Assembly (NCBI GenBank): GCA_050118655.1
Contig: JASFKL010000001.1
Location: forward strand, 186 to 64,185
Source of the DNA: Gammaproteobacteria bacterium
Lineage (GTDB): Bacteria > Pseudomonadota > Gammaproteobacteria > GCA-001735895
Direction: 5' to 3'
Length of the DNA: 64,000 bases
Every line of letters starts with the position of its first letter. The stretch's first letter is position 1. Below the pieces are notes generated by a model. It had not been told where the DNA came from. It saw only the letters and a list, made by a program, of their open reading frames with translations, and made no database searches. Made by a program: the position numbers and the translations under genes. This document shows, in pieces, positions 19,529-30,295 of the stretch.

Positions 19529-21967
19529 CTAGTGCGCCCTGACCCGCGAAGACTTCTTGTCCTTCTCTTTCGGTTTCGGCGTTTCGTCGTCGCTGCCCGA
19601 TGCTTTCGGCAGCGGCGTCGGCTGATGCGCCAACGCCACTTCCAGAACCTGGTCGATCCAGCGCACCGGGATAATTTCCAGCTTGGCCTTGATGTTGTCC
19701 GGAATTTCCGCGAGATCCTTTTCGTTTTCTTCCGGGATCAACACCTTGGTGATACCGCCCCGGTGCGCCGCCAGCAACTTCTCCTTGAGTCCGCCGATCG
19801 GCAGCACTTCGCCACGCAGAGTGATCTCGCCGGTCATCGCAACCTCGGCCTTGACCGGGATACCGGTGAGCGCGGAGACCAGCGCCGTGCACATACCGAC
19901 ACCGGCACTCGGGCCGTCTTTCGGGGTCGCGCCCTCGGGAACGTGGATATGTATATCCTTGTTCTCGTTGAAATCCGGGTTTACACCGAGTATCGAAGCG
20001 CGGCTGCGAACCACGGTCATCGCGGCCTGGATCGATTCCTTCATGACATCGCCCAGCTGACCGGTCTGTACGAATTTTCCCTTGCCGTCGACCACCGCCG
20101 ACTCGATCGTCAGCAGTTCGCCCCCGACCTCGGTCCAGGCGAGGCCCGTGACCTGGCCGACCTGATCTTTCTCGTCGGCCGATCCGAAACGGAAGCGTTT
20201 GACGCCGAGATACTTTTCGATGTTCTTGGCACTGACGGTGACCTTTTTGGTACTCGACTTCAACAGCATCGACTTGACCGCCTTGCGGCAGATTTTGGAA
20301 ATTTCGCGCTCGAGGTTACGCACGCCGGCTTCGCGCGTGTAGCGCTGAATGATTTCGCGCACCGCGTTTTGCTTGATATCGATTTCCTCGGGCTTGAGAC
20401 CGTTTTCCTTGATCTGTTTGGGGATCAGGTACTTGAGGGCGATATTGAGTTTTTCGTCCTCGGTATAGCCGGGAATACGAATGACCTCCATGCGGTCGAG
20501 CAGCGGCCCGGGGATGTTCATGCTATTCGAGGTAGCGACGAACATGGTGTCCGAAAGATCGAATTCGACCTCGAGGTAATGATCGGAAAAGGTGTTGTTT
20601 TGCTCCGGGTCGAGGACCTCGAGCAACGCCGAGGCCGGATCGCCGCGGAAATCCATCGCCATCTTGTCGATCTCGTCGAGCAAAAACAGCGGGTTACGAA
20701 CCTTGACCCGTGCCAGGTTTTGAATGATCTTGCCCGGCATCGAACCGATATAAGTCCTGCGGTGACCGCGGATCTCGGACTCGTCGCGCACGCCGCCGAG
20801 CGACATGCGGGAAAACTTGCGGTTGGTGGCCCTGGCGATGGAGCGGCCGATCGAGGTCTTGCCCACGCCCGGCGGACCGACGAGGCACAAAATCGGGCCC
20901 TTGAGCTTGCGCACACGCTGCTGTACGGCGAGATATTCGAGAATCCGTTCCTTGACCTTTTCGAGACCGTAATGATCTTCTTCGAGCACCTTTTCGGCCT
21001 GCGCGAGATCGCGCCTGATCTTGGACTTTTTCTTCCAGGGCACGCTGACCAGCCAGTCGATATAATTGCGCACCACGGTCGCCTCCGCGGACATCGGCGA
21101 CATCATTTTTAATTTGTTGAGTTCCGAATCGGCCTTTTCCCGGGCTTCCTTGGGCATACCCGATTCTTCGATCTTGTTTTGCAGATCCTCGACCTCGTTG
21201 GGCGCATCGTCCATGTCGCCGAGTTCCTTCTGGATCGCCTTCATCTGCTCGTTGAGATAGTATTCCCGCTGGCTTTTCTCCATTTGCTGCTTGACCCGGC
21301 CGCGGATGCGCTTCTCGATCTGCATCAGGTCGATCTCGCCTTCGATCTTGCTCATGATGTGCTCGATACGCTCGCGCGGATCCTGGATTTCGAGGATCTC
21401 CTGCTTTTCATCGAGTTTCAGCGACATGTGCGCGGCGATGGTATCGGCCAGGCGGCTGGGATCGTCGATCCCCGACAGCGAGGTCAGGATTTCCGGCGGA
21501 ACCTTCTTGTTGAGCTTGACGTACTGGTCGAACAGGTTGAGCACCGAGCGCAGCAGCACCTCGGCCTCGCGATCGTCGACCGCACCGGATTTCTCCAGCA
21601 TATTGATCGCCGCGGAGTAGTATTCGTTGGTTTCCAGCAGGCTGTCGACCACCACGCGCTCACCGCCCTCCACGAGCACCTTGATGGTCCCGTCCGGAAG
21701 CTTGAGCATTTGAAGAATCGTCGACAGGGTACCGATCTGGTACAGGTCTGCCTGGCCGGGATCGTCTACCTCGGCATTTTTCTGCGCCAACAGCAGGATT
21801 TTCTTGTTGTCGGCCATCGCCGCTTCGAGCGCGAGTATCGATTTTTCGCGGCCGACGAACAGCGGGATTACCATGTGCGGGTAAACCACCACATCGCGCA
21901 AGGGCAAAACGGGAATCAATTGCCGTTCCTGCGGTTCGGCGAGAAGATTATTCTGAAAGTCTGACAT
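19529..21967 (-). CDS. lon: ATP-dependent Lon protease
   Basis: 812 aa. N-domain [16 protein letters not shown], Walker [10 protein letters not shown], and the catalytic Ser region PKDGPSAGV. Confidence 0.95.
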   Translation of the reverse strand: MSDFQNNLLAEPQERQLIPVLPLRDVVVYPHMVIPLFVGREKSILALEAAMADNKKILLLAQKNAEVDDPGQADLYQIGTLSTILQMLKLPDGTIKVLVEGGERVVVDSLLETNEYYSAAINMLEKSGAVDDREAEVLLRSVLNLFDQYVKLNKKVPPEILTSLSGIDDPSRLADTIAAHMSLKLDEKQEILEIQDPRERIEHIMSKIEGEIDLMQIEKRIRGRVKQQMEKSQREYYLNEQMKAIQKELGDMDDAPNEVEDLQNKIEESGMPKEAREKADSELNKLKMMSPMSAEATVVRNYIDWLVSVPWKKKSKIRRDLAQAEKVLEEDHYGLEKVKERILEYLAVQQRVRKLKGPILCLVGPPGVGKTSIGRSIARATNRKFSRMSLGGVRDESEIRGHRRTYIGSMPGKIIQNLARVKVRNPLFLLDEIDKMAMDFRGDPASALLEVLDPEQNNTFSDHYLEVEFDLSDTMFVATSNSMNIPGPLLDRMEVIRIPGYTEDEKLNIALKYLIPKQIKENGLKPEEIDIKQNAVREIIQRYTREAGVRNLEREISKICRKAVKSMLLKSSTKKVTVSAKNIEKYLGVKRFRFGSADEKDQVGQVTGLAWTEVGGELLTIESAVVDGKGKFVQTGQLGDVMKESIQAAMTVVRSRASILGVNPDFNENKDIHIHVPEGATPKDGPSAGVGMCTALVSALTGIPVKAEVAMTGEITLRGEVLPIGGLKEKLLAAHRGGITKVLIPEENEKDLAEIPDNIKAKLEIIPVRWIDQVLEVALAHQPTPLPKASGSDDETPKPKEKDKKSSRVRAH

Positions 21968-21994
21968 AGATGCCTCGGTACTGGTTGTCGGGAC

Positions 21995-22023
21995 TATATG
22001 GGTGTCGACGGTTCGTTTTCAAC
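21995..22023 (-). promoter_or_regulatory. sigma-32 (heat-shock) type promoter upstream of lon
   Basis: Minus strand reads GTTGAAAacgaaccgtcgacaCCCATATAg. This fits the consensus TTGAAA-N14-CCCCATNT and lies ~30-60 nt upstream of the lon ATG. Confidence 0.5.
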
Positions 22024-22057
22024 CCGGCTCTCCGCCCCGCGCACGACCAGCTGAGGC

Positions 22058-23338
22058 TTAATCGTCAGAGGCCACCCGTTGCATATCGCCGCCCTCGTAA
22101 ATCACGTAGGGCTGGGCATGGCCTTCGATAACCGCGGCGTCGACGACGACCTTGCTGACGTTTTCCATCGCGGGCAGGTCGTACATGATTTCCAGCAGGG
22201 TATTTTCGAGAATGGTGCGCAATCCGCGGGCGCCGGTCTTGCGTTCCATGGCTTTCCTGGCCACGGCAGCAAGCGAATCGTTGCGAAACTCGATCTCGCA
22301 GCCCTCGATTTCGAACATTTTCTGGTATTGCTTGGTGATCGCGTTCTTGGGCTCGGTCAGGATCTGCACCAGCGCGTTTTCGTCGAGTTCCTCGAGCGTC
22401 GCCACTACCGGCAACCGGCCGACGAATTCCGGGATTAGCCCGTACTTGATCAGATCTTCGGGCTCGACCTTGGCGATTACCTCGCCGAACAGGTCTTTCT
22501 TGTCCTTGCTCTTGAGGTCGGCGCCGAAGCCGATTCCGCCCTTCTCCGAGCGATTCAGTATGACCTTGTCGAGCCCGGCGAAGGCGCCGCCGCAAATAAA
22601 CAGGATCTTGCCGGTGTCGACCTGCAGGAATTCCTGCTGCGGATGCTTTCTGCCGCCTTGCGGGGGAACCGACGCGATCGTGCCCTCGATCAGTTTCAGC
22701 AGCGCCTGCTGCACGCCTTCCCCGGAAACGTCGCGGGTAATCGACGGGTTATCGGATTTTCGCGAAATCTTGTCGATCTCGTCGATATACACGATTCCGG
22801 TCTGCGCCTTGTCGACGTCGTAGTCGCATTTCTGCAGCAATTTCTGAATGATGTTTTCGACGTCTTCGCCGACATAGCCGGCTTCGGTCAGGGTCGTCGC
22901 ATCGGCGATCGCGAACGGTACGTTGAGCAGTCTCGCGAGCGTCTCGGCGAGCAGCGTCTTGCCCGAACCGGTCGGTCCGATCAGCAGGATATTGCTCTTG
23001 GAAAGCTCGATATCGTCCTTGACATGCCCCACTTCGAGGCGTTTGTAGTGGTTGTATACCGCTACCGAAAGCACCTTTTTGGCGCGACTCTGGCCGATAA
23101 CGTATTCGTCGAGGACCTTGTAGATCTCGTGGGGGATCGGCAGCTTGCTCTCGGCGTCCTCGCCGTTTTCGTGGATTTCCTCACGAATGATGTCGTTGCA
23201 GAGGTCGACGCATTCGTCGCAGATAAACACCGAGGGCCCTGCAATCAGCTTTCTGACTTCGTGCTGGCTCTTGCCGCAGAACGAGCAGTAAAGCAGTTTT
23301 TCGTCCTTATTTTTGGATCTCTCGTCACTCATACACAA
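22058..23338 (-). CDS. clpX: ATP-dependent Clp protease ATP-binding subunit ClpX
   Basis: Zinc-finger N-terminus [30 protein letters not shown] and Walker [12 protein letters not shown]; near-identical to E. coli ClpX along its length. Confidence 0.95.
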   Translation of the reverse strand: MCMSDERSKNKDEKLLYCSFCGKSQHEVRKLIAGPSVFICDECVDLCNDIIREEIHENGEDAESKLPIPHEIYKVLDEYVIGQSRAKKVLSVAVYNHYKRLEVGHVKDDIELSKSNILLIGPTGSGKTLLAETLARLLNVPFAIADATTLTEAGYVGEDVENIIQKLLQKCDYDVDKAQTGIVYIDEIDKISRKSDNPSITRDVSGEGVQQALLKLIEGTIASVPPQGGRKHPQQEFLQVDTGKILFICGGAFAGLDKVILNRSEKGGIGFGADLKSKDKKDLFGEVIAKVEPEDLIKYGLIPEFVGRLPVVATLEELDENALVQILTEPKNAITKQYQKMFEIEGCEIEFRNDSLAAVARKAMERKTGARGLRTILENTLLEIMYDLPAMENVSKVVVDAAVIEGHAQPYVIYEGGDMQRVASDD

Positions 23339-23450
23339 CTACCGGAATCTTTATGCCCACGCTTTGATAATATTAGACCAAACCGCCAAGCACAACCGAA
23401 AAAACCGCTTTTTGATCAACGATTCACAGTTAAATCGGTAGACCGGGAGC

Positions 23451-24125
23451 TTATTCGTCGTCGGCTTTCTCGACCGGTTCGGTACGCGACGTCAGGACTT
23501 TGTCGATGATACCGTATTCGACCGACTCTTCGGCGCTCATGAAGTTGTCCCTTTCGGTATCGCGCTCGATGACGCTCTCCTTCTTGCCGGTGTGCGCGGC
23601 GAGCAATTTATTGAGCCTCGCGCGTACCGCGAGGATTTCCCTGGCATGGATCTCGAAATCGCTGGCCTGTCCCTGGAATCCGCCCAGCGGCTGGTGGATC
23701 ATGACCCGCGAATGCGGCAGTCCGTAACGCTTGCCGTGGCTGCCGCCGGCCAGCAGGATCGCGCCCATGCTGGCGGCCTGGCCGGTGCAGAGCGTACTGA
23801 CGTCGGGCTTGATGAACTGCATGGTGTCGTAAATCGCCAGTCCCGCGGTCACCGAGCCGCCGGGGCTGTTGATATACAGGGAGATATCCTTGTCGGGATT
23901 TTCCGACTCCAGAAACAGGAGCTGGGCGACGATCAGGTTGGCCATGTGGTCCTCGATCGGGCCGACCACGAAAATCACCCGCTCCTTGAGCAGGCGCGAG
24001 TAAATATCGTAGGCACGCTCGCCGCGAGCGGATTGCTCGACGACCATCGGTACCAGATTGGCCTGTATTTCCGGGTAACCGGACAGGATAGCGCTCAGCT
24101 CTGAACTACTGGGGTAATCTTTCAT
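23451..24125 (-). CDS. clpP: ATP-dependent Clp protease proteolytic subunit
   Basis: Translation [29 protein letters not shown]...catalytic GQAASMGA...MIHQP. The N-terminus is ~10 aa longer than in E. coli ClpP. Confidence 0.93.
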   Translation of the reverse strand: MKDYPSSSELSAILSGYPEIQANLVPMVVEQSARGERAYDIYSRLLKERVIFVVGPIEDHMANLIVAQLLFLESENPDKDISLYINSPGGSVTAGLAIYDTMQFIKPDVSTLCTGQAASMGAILLAGGSHGKRYGLPHSRVMIHQPLGGFQGQASDFEIHAREILAVRARLNKLLAAHTGKKESVIERDTERDNFMSAEESVEYGIIDKVLTSRTEPVEKADDE

Positions 24126-24151
24126 GGGTTAGCTTGCAACTCCTCGGTGAA

Positions 24152-25456
24152 TTAGATGTTACCGTTCATCAAGTCTTCGAAACTCGCCTTTTTCTCGGTA
24201 ACCTTTGCCTTGTCCAGGATGTGGTTGACCACCTGATCTTCAAGCACCATGTTCTCGATACCGGTGCGCGCCTGGCGGTTCTGCCGATAGTATTCCCTGA
24301 CCTGCTCCGGCTGTTCGTAGGCGACCGCCATCTCCTCGATGGCTGCGTCGACAAGCGATTGATCCAGCTCGATTTTTTCCTGCCTGATGACTTCGCCGAC
24401 CAGCAATCCGAGCTGCACCCGGCGGTTTGCCTCGGCGATGAACATGTGGTCGGGCAACTGGTTTTCGTCGACCGTGGCCGGATCCTGCCCCATACGCTGC
24501 GCCGCCTGCTGTCGCAGGGCCTTGATCTCCTCGCCGATCAACGCGGTCGGGGCGATGATTTCATTGTGCTCGAGCAGCCCCTCCATGACCTTGTTCTTGA
24601 GATCCATCTTGAGCCGTTCGTTCTTTTCCTTTTCCATGTTGGCGCGGATGTCGGTGCGCATTTTCTCGAGGTCGCCGTCGGCGATGCCGAAACTCCTGGC
24701 GAATTCCTCGTCGAGTTCGGGCAATTGCGGTTCCGACACGCGGCTAGCCCTGAGGGTGAATTTCGCGGTTTTGCCGGCGACGTCCTTACCGTGATAATCC
24801 TCCGGAAAATTGACCTCGACTTCCCGTTCCTCGCCCGCTTTTATACCTTCCAGGCCTTCCTCGAACTCGGGCAGCATCTGCCCGGCGCCGATTTCCACCG
24901 GCATGTCCTTGCCGCTGCCGCCCTCGAATATCTCGCCGTCGATTCGCCCCTCGAAGTCCACCGTCACCTGGTATCCGGATTTGGCCGCGGCATCGACTTC
25001 TTTCCAGGTCTTGCGCTGCTCGCGCAGCTTTTCGAGCATATCCTCGAAATCCGAATCGGTGATTTCGACCTGCGGTTTCTCGATCTCGATGGCTTCGAGT
25101 TCGAGCTTGTCGATCTCGGGATAGACTTCGAAGGTCGCGGTAAAGGACATGTCTTCCTTTTCTTCGCTGCTGATCGAGTCGATGCTGGGCATGCCCGCCG
25201 GGCGTACCTGCTCCTGGATCAGCGCTTCCTGGTAGCTGGATTCGATGACGTCGCCGATGACTTCCTGGCGCACGTGGCCGCCGAACTTCTGCTGCACCAC
25301 CTTCAGCGGCACCTTGCCCGGCCGGAAACCGTCGATTCGCACCGTCTTGCTCAGGTCCCTGAGCTTCTTTTCGACCGCCTCGGTAACTCGCTCGGACGGG
25401 ATCTGCACCGTCATCCTGCGTTCCAGGCCCTCGAGGGTTTCGATTGATACTTGCAT
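24152..25456 (-). CDS. tig: trigger factor
   Basis: Translation MQVSIETLEGLERRMTVQIPSERVTEAVEKKL...GFRPGKVP, 434 aa. Conserved tig-clpP-clpX-lon order. Confidence 0.93.
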   Translation of the reverse strand: MQVSIETLEGLERRMTVQIPSERVTEAVEKKLRDLSKTVRIDGFRPGKVPLKVVQQKFGGHVRQEVIGDVIESSYQEALIQEQVRPAGMPSIDSISSEEKEDMSFTATFEVYPEIDKLELEAIEIEKPQVEITDSDFEDMLEKLREQRKTWKEVDAAAKSGYQVTVDFEGRIDGEIFEGGSGKDMPVEIGAGQMLPEFEEGLEGIKAGEEREVEVNFPEDYHGKDVAGKTAKFTLRASRVSEPQLPELDEEFARSFGIADGDLEKMRTDIRANMEKEKNERLKMDLKNKVMEGLLEHNEIIAPTALIGEEIKALRQQAAQRMGQDPATVDENQLPDHMFIAEANRRVQLGLLVGEVIRQEKIELDQSLVDAAIEEMAVAYEQPEQVREYYRQNRQARTGIENMVLEDQVVNHILDKAKVTEKKASFEDLMNGNI

Positions 25457-25705
25457 GTCGGAGACTCGTGAATTTACTGAGAGATATTATCTAGATTAGC
25501 GCCGGTCGAAAGCGGCCGACCGCTTCGTGACGACAGTGTTGCAACACTGGGCGATGTCCAAAGTGGCGCGGATTATACCCACGTCGATGCAGGATGTCAG
25601 CCAATTTTTGCCCCTCCACGGCGACGCCCGCGGCGGCTTTCGGGTACCGATTGAACGCGGCCCCAGGCAATTTATCGAGGCCGGTGCATTTGCATTCGAC
25701 GGGGC

Positions 25706-25791
25706 TGGTGCGAAAGGAGAGACTCGAACTCTCACATCGTAAAGATACCAGAACCTAAATCTGGCGCGTCTACCAATTCCGCCACTTTCGC
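25706..25791 (-). tRNA. tRNA-Leu (UAG), long-variable-arm type, 86 nt
   Basis: Reverse complement GCGAAAGTGGCGGAATTGGTAGACGCGCCAGATTTAGGTTCTGG...GAGTTCGAGTCTCTCCTTTCGCACCA. Anticodon loop AUUUAGG. Confidence 0.88.
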
Positions 25792-25892
25792 AGTCGTTTC
25801 GTGCCTGCCTGATTACCGGACGCCGTGCCGCGCTCCGCGTCGCCGCGCGGAGTCGAAAACTAACGGCGCCTGCATCGCAGGCGCCGTGTGTA

Positions 25893-25969
25893 TGGGGTGG
25901 ACGATGGGGATCGAACCCACGACAACAAGAATCACAATCTTGCACTCTACCAACTGAGCTACGCCCACC
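25893..25969 (-). tRNA. tRNA-His (GUG), with the extra 5' G(-1)
   Basis: Reverse complement GGTGGGCGTAGCTCAGTTGGTAGAGTGCAAGATTGTGATTCTTGTTGTCGTGGGTTCGATCCCCATCGTCCACCCCA. Confidence 0.92.
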
Positions 25970-25975
25970 ATAATT

Positions 25976-26052
25976 TGGCACGCCCGGCAGGATTCGAACC
26001 TGCTACCCTCGGCTTAGAAGGCCGATGCTCTATCCAAATGAGCTACGGGCGC
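25976..26052 (-). tRNA. tRNA-Arg (UCU)
   Basis: Reverse complement GCGCCCGTAGCTCATTTGGATAGAGCATCGGCCTTCTAAGCCGAGGGTAGCAGGTTCGAATCCTGCCGGGCGTGCCA. Confidence 0.92.
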
Positions 26053-26056
26053 TTCG

Positions 26057-26194
26057 GATACCTCTCTCACGGCGTATTTTAGCCGATTGCTGCGTTGCCG
26101 CCGTGCTCGGATCCTCATGTATGTCTTTATACACTGCGGTCCTGCGCGCGGCGGCGCCTTGCACTCAACTAAAATACGCCGTGAGAGAGGCATC
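26057..26194. repeat. 138-bp element bounded by 26-nt inverted repeats (25/26 match) in the tRNA-Pro/tRNA-Arg spacer
   Basis: Left arm GATACCTCTCTCACGGCGTATTTTAG (26057-26082). Right arm CTAAAATACGCCGTGAGAGAGGCATC (26169-26194). The 86-nt interior is GC-rich. The element begins 4 nt from the tRNA-Arg 5' end. Confidence 0.7.
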
Positions 26195-26395
26195 CTCCAG
26201 TTCAAATTCCGACCGGTCATCCTAAACCTTTTGTATCCCCGGATTGCCGCCGTAGGGGAGGCAACCTGGATTCGTCTTGCCGGCGATAATTCCATTAATA
26301 TACGCGCCAATCGCGTATTCGGATGCCGGGAACCTGCCGTTTCCTCGAACCCCCGATATCCGGGGTGCAATGATAGCAAATTCCCGACAAAATTG

Positions 26396-26472
26396 GTCGG
26401 GGTGGAGAGATTCGAACTCCCGACCCACTGCTCCCAAAGCAGTTGCGCTACCAGGCTGCGCTACACCCCGTG
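26396..26472 (-). tRNA. tRNA-Pro (UGG)
   Basis: Reverse complement CGGGGTGTAGCGCAGCCTGGTAGCGCAACTGCTTTGGGAGCAGTGGGTCGGGAGTTCGAATCTCTCCACCCCGACCA. Confidence 0.9.
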
Positions 26473-26538
26473 TCACCCGCGCGGGCAAGGCGCGGAATCA
26501 TACGCCTAAGCCGACAGGCCGTCAATTCGACCCGGTCT

Positions 26539-27924
26539 CTACTTTCGTCTCCAGCGGGTGCCCTCGGGGCCGTCTTCGATCTCGATGCCGGCGGCGGACA
26601 ACCGGTCGCGTATACGGTCGGCCTCGGCCCAGTTCTTTTGCCCGCGCGCCTGCAGGCGTTCCTCTACCAGCGCCTCGATTTCGGCATCGTCGAGACCGCT
26701 CTCCCGGCCCGCCCGGGATTTCAGAAATGCCTCCGGATCGTCCTGCAACAGTCCGATCACGCCGCCGAGGTAACGCAACAGGCTGGCGAGTTCGTGAACC
26801 CGCTCGTCGCCGGCGCGCTTCGCGCGGTTGATATCGCGCACCAGGTCGAACAGCACGGCTACGGCGCCCGCGGTATTGAAATCGTCGCAAAGCGCCGCAT
26901 CGAAACGCTGTTGATATTCGCTCTCGGCCGCTATCTCTGCGCTGCGCGTATCCAGCAACGCCGCGTACAGGCGCTGCAGGGCGGCGCGCGCATGGTCCAG
27001 CTGCTCCTCGGAATAGTTCAGCTGGCTGCGGTAGTGGCTGCTGACGATGAAGTAGCGAATTTCTTCGGCGCGATAACTCTCGAGTACGTCTCGCAGGACG
27101 AAAAAATTACCCAGCGACTTGGACATTTTCTCTTCGTTGACGCGCACGAAGCCATTGTGCATCCAGTAATTGACGAACTTTTCGCCGCTGCAGGCCTCGC
27201 TCTGGGCGATTTCGTTTTCGTGATGGGGAAATTGCAGGTCCTGGCCGCCGCCGTGGATATCGAAGTGATTACCGAGCAGGCTGGTCGACATCGCCGAACA
27301 CTCGATATGCCATCCCGGCCGGCCCGGCCCGTAACGCGAAGGCCAGCTCGGTTCGCCCGGCTTGGCGGCCTTCCAGAGCACGAAGTCGAGCGGATCCCGC
27401 TTGCCGGGATCGACCTCGACTCGCTCGCCGGCGCGCAACTCGTCGAGCTTCTTGCCCGACAGGCGGCCGTACTCGGCAAATTTCGAGACCGAGAAATAAA
27501 CGTCGCCATTGTCCGCCAGGTAAGCGTAGCCGCCTCGCTCGAGCTCCTCGATCATCCCGAGGATCGGTGTAATGGTCTCGGTGGCGCGCGGCTCGCGGTC
27601 GGGGCGCAGGACTCCGAGTGCGTCCGCGTCCTGGTGCATGGCCTCGATGAAGCGCCCGGTCAGGCTGTCGACTGCCTCGCCGTTCTCGCGCGCCCGGTTG
27701 ATGATCTTGTCGTCGATATCGGTAATGTTTCTGACGTAGGTCACGTCGTAACCCAGGTGCTTCAGAAACCGGTAAACGACATCGAACACTACCAGTACGC
27801 GGGCATGACCGATATGGCAATAGTCGTAAACCGTCATCCCGCAGACGTACATCCTGACCTTGCCGGGCTCGATCGGTTCGAAGGCTTCCTTTTGCCTCGT
27901 CAGGCTGTTGTAGATGGTCAGCAT
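26539..27924 (-). CDS. cysS: cysteinyl-tRNA synthetase
   Basis: Translation [17 protein letters not shown]...[18 protein letters not shown] (HIGH motif) and KMSKSLGN (KMSKS motif), 461 aa. Confidence 0.94.
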   Translation of the reverse strand: MLTIYNSLTRQKEAFEPIEPGKVRMYVCGMTVYDYCHIGHARVLVVFDVVYRFLKHLGYDVTYVRNITDIDDKIINRARENGEAVDSLTGRFIEAMHQDADALGVLRPDREPRATETITPILGMIEELERGGYAYLADNGDVYFSVSKFAEYGRLSGKKLDELRAGERVEVDPGKRDPLDFVLWKAAKPGEPSWPSRYGPGRPGWHIECSAMSTSLLGNHFDIHGGGQDLQFPHHENEIAQSEACSGEKFVNYWMHNGFVRVNEEKMSKSLGNFFVLRDVLESYRAEEIRYFIVSSHYRSQLNYSEEQLDHARAALQRLYAALLDTRSAEIAAESEYQQRFDAALCDDFNTAGAVAVLFDLVRDINRAKRAGDERVHELASLLRYLGGVIGLLQDDPEAFLKSRAGRESGLDDAEIEALVEERLQARGQKNWAEADRIRDRLSAAGIEIEDGPEGTRWRRK

Positions 27925-28174
27925 ATGTCGGTATCACGAGGGCCGCGTAAAAAAGGTGGATTCTAAAAGATGCACTCTGCGAGCGAAACTGTTTATTGCC
28001 GTCGACCGGCGCCTACCCCTCTCCCCTGCTTTCATCCGGGCCGCGAAATCAGTAGAATTCGCAGCCTTGGAAATTGGTGGAATGCTGATGAAAAAAATAC
28101 TGCTCCCGATCGCGGTGGTACTTGCAGCTATTCTGTCGCTGATCCTTTATCCCAACTTCAAAGGTGAAAAATCA

Positions 28175-28696
28175 ATGAATCAGACCCCTGCAGGCAATCC
28201 GACCGTGCTGATCGAAACCACCATGGGCAACATCACCGTCGAACTCGATATGCAAAACGCCCCCAATACCGGCGAGAACTTTCTCGCCTATGTCGACGAC
28301 GGTTATTTCGTCGGCACCACTTTTCACCGCGTGATCCCCAATTTCATGATCCAGGGCGGCGGCCTTACCGCGGACATGCAGGACAAGCCCAGCGGACGTG
28401 CACCGATCCAGAACGAGGCCAACAACGGTCTCGAGAACGACCGCGGCACGCTGGCGATGGCGCGTACCGGCGACCCCCACTCGGCGACCTCGCAATTTTT
28501 CATCAATCTCAAGGATAACGATTTCCTCAATTTCACCGCTGAAACCGTGCAGGGCTGGGGATATGCCGTATTCGCCAGGGTGATCGACGGCATGGACGTG
28601 GTCGACGCGATTGCGCAGGTGCCGACCGGCAACAAGGGCGGCCATCAGAACGTGCCGCTGGAACCGATCACGATCACCGCGGTCAGCCGGCAGTAA
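28175..28696 (+). CDS. ppiB: peptidyl-prolyl cis-trans isomerase B (cyclophilin type)
   Basis: Translation [25 protein letters not shown]...[14 protein letters not shown] is a cyclophilin core. A strong RBS (AAGGTGA) lies 7 nt upstream of the ATG at 28175. An in-frame upstream ATG at 28082/28088 would add a hydrophobic 30-aa extension (see findings). cysS is divergent and lpxH lies downstream, as in E. coli. Confidence 0.85.
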   Translation: MNQTPAGNPTVLIETTMGNITVELDMQNAPNTGENFLAYVDDGYFVGTTFHRVIPNFMIQGGGLTADMQDKPSGRAPIQNEANNGLENDRGTLAMARTGDPHSATSQFFINLKDNDFLNFTAETVQGWGYAVFARVIDGMDVVDAIAQVPTGNKGGHQNVPLEPITITAVSRQ

Positions 28697-28711
28697 CCCG
28701 GACCGTCTTGG

Positions 28712-29431
28712 ATGACGGGCGAAACGCTTTTCATCTCGGATTGCCACCTCGACAGCGGGCGGCCGGATATCACGCAGGCGCTGAGCGAATTTCTCGGCCG
28801 GCGAGCCGCGCGGGCTGATTGTCTCTACATTCTCGGCGACCTGTTCGAGGTCTGGCTCGGAGACGACGACCCGCTAGAGGCGCAGCAACCCGTGGTCGAC
28901 GCACTGCGAAGCCTGGCAAAACGCATCCCGGTTTATTTCATCGCCGGCAACCGGGATTTTCTGCTCGGCAGCGAGTTCGCCGGGAGCGTCGGCCTGCAAC
29001 TGCTCGACGAACCCCGGGTGCTGCAGCTTGACCGCCATCGCGTGCTGTTGATCCACGGCGATACGCTGTGCACGGACGATCACGATTACCAGCGGTTTCG
29101 CGCCCTGGTCCGGTCACCCGAATGGCAGGCCGAATTTCTCGCCCGACCGCTTGCCGAACGCCGGCAGATCGCCGCGCAATTGCGTAGCGAGAGCGCCGGC
29201 GCGATGGCGCAAAAGGCCGCCGAAATCATGGATGTAAACCTGCAGGCCGTCGAATCCTGCTTCCGGGAAAACGGGGTCGATACGATCATCCACGGGCACA
29301 CGCACCGGCCGGCCGTGCACCGCTATCCCGGTGACCTGACCCGTTATGTTCTCGGCGACTGGAATCCGGGACCGAGCTTTCTCTGCTGGCACCCCGATAG
29401 AGGTTTCGACCTGCGGGATCCGCGCGTCTAG
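28712..29431 (+). CDS. lpxH: UDP-2,3-diacylglucosamine pyrophosphatase (lipid A biosynthesis)
   Basis: Translation MTGETLFISDCHLD...LYILGDLFEVWLGDDDP...FIAGNRDFLLG...IHGDTLCTDD...IHGHTHRPAVH shows metallophosphatase motifs and aligns with E. coli LpxH throughout. Confidence 0.88.
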   Translation: MTGETLFISDCHLDSGRPDITQALSEFLGRRAARADCLYILGDLFEVWLGDDDPLEAQQPVVDALRSLAKRIPVYFIAGNRDFLLGSEFAGSVGLQLLDEPRVLQLDRHRVLLIHGDTLCTDDHDYQRFRALVRSPEWQAEFLARPLAERRQIAAQLRSESAGAMAQKAAEIMDVNLQAVESCFRENGVDTIIHGHTHRPAVHRYPGDLTRYVLGDWNPGPSFLCWHPDRGFDLRDPRV

Positions 29432-29446
29432 TTTCGCGCCGCGGAA

Positions 29447-30295
29447 TTATCCGGCCCCGTGCCGTTGGCGTTGATTACCGGATCGGGTCGCCGATTTCCG
29501 CCCGCGCCGTTCGAGAGCCTCTAGCTCGGCGCTCTCGAAGCCGGCCTCGATGCGCGCGCTCCAGTTGAAGGGCCCGCGCAGGCCTTCCCCCAGGTATTCG
29601 TCGATCAGGGTTTTGAAGGTCGACATCGGTTCCAGGCCCTGCTGCCGGCATAACTCGCGGTACCAGTAATTGCCGATACGAACGTGCCCGATCTCGTCGC
29701 GGTAAATAACTTCGAGTATCTCCGCGGCCGCCGGATCGCCGAATTGACGAAAGCGCTCGACCATGCCGGGAGTGACATCGAGGCCGCGCGCTTCCATCAC
29801 CCGGGGCACCAGCGCGATGCGATGCAACAGGTTGTCGCGGGTCTTGCAGACCATGTCCCAGAGGCCGCCGTGAGCCGAGAGGGCCCCGTAAAAACTGCCG
29901 CGTCGCCGCAGCTCGGTCTCGAGCATCGCGTAATGCTCCGCTTCCTCGGCGGCCACGCCGAGCCAGTCGCCGATATAGCTTTCCGGCACCTCGCGAAATC
30001 GATATACCGCATCCAGGGCGATGTTGACGGCGTTGAATTCGATGTGCGCGAAGGCATGCAACAGACGCAGGCGCCCCTCCTCGCTGGAAAAACTTCGCCG
30101 CGGCAGGTTTCGCGGATCGACCAGTCGCGGCAGCGGCGGCCTGCCCGGATCGTCGATGGGCAGGATCGGCGATACCGCATCGCGCGCCAGCACGCCCTGC
30201 CGCCAGTCCCGCAACAATCGCCGGGTCTGCTCGCACTTGGCCCGCGCATCGCGCTCGAGAATCGCGGCCTCGGCCCGCCGGTAGAGTTCAGGCAT
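29447..30295 (-). CDS. DUF455-like ferritin-fold protein (MiaE-like di-iron family), likely co-transcribed with metZ
   Basis: Translation MPELYRRAEAAILERDARAKCEQTRRLL...LLHAFAHIEFNAVNIALD...AEEAEHYAML shows ferritin-like E..H pairs. I set the start at the internal ATG at 30293-30295, giving an 8-nt overlap with the metZ stop. The longer ORF-track start would run deep into metZ. Confidence 0.65.
   Translation of the reverse strand: MPELYRRAEAAILERDARAKCEQTRRLLRDWRQGVLARDAVSPILPIDDPGRPPLPRLVDPRNLPRRSFSSEEGRLRLLHAFAHIEFNAVNIALDAVYRFREVPESYIGDWLGVAAEEAEHYAMLETELRRRGSFYGALSAHGGLWDMVCKTRDNLLHRIALVPRVMEARGLDVTPGMVERFRQFGDPAAAEILEVIYRDEIGHVRIGNYWYRELCRQQGLEPMSTFKTLIDEYLGEGLRGPFNWSARIEAGFESAELEALERRGRKSATRSGNQRQRHGAG

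Noticed and set aside
19532-21112. 526-aa plus-strand ORF
   Set aside because: Antisense shadow of lon.
24134-25447. 437-aa plus-strand ORF
   Set aside because: Antisense shadow of tig.
26443-27966. 507-aa plus-strand ORF
   Set aside because: Antisense shadow of cysS. It also runs through the tRNA-Pro gene.
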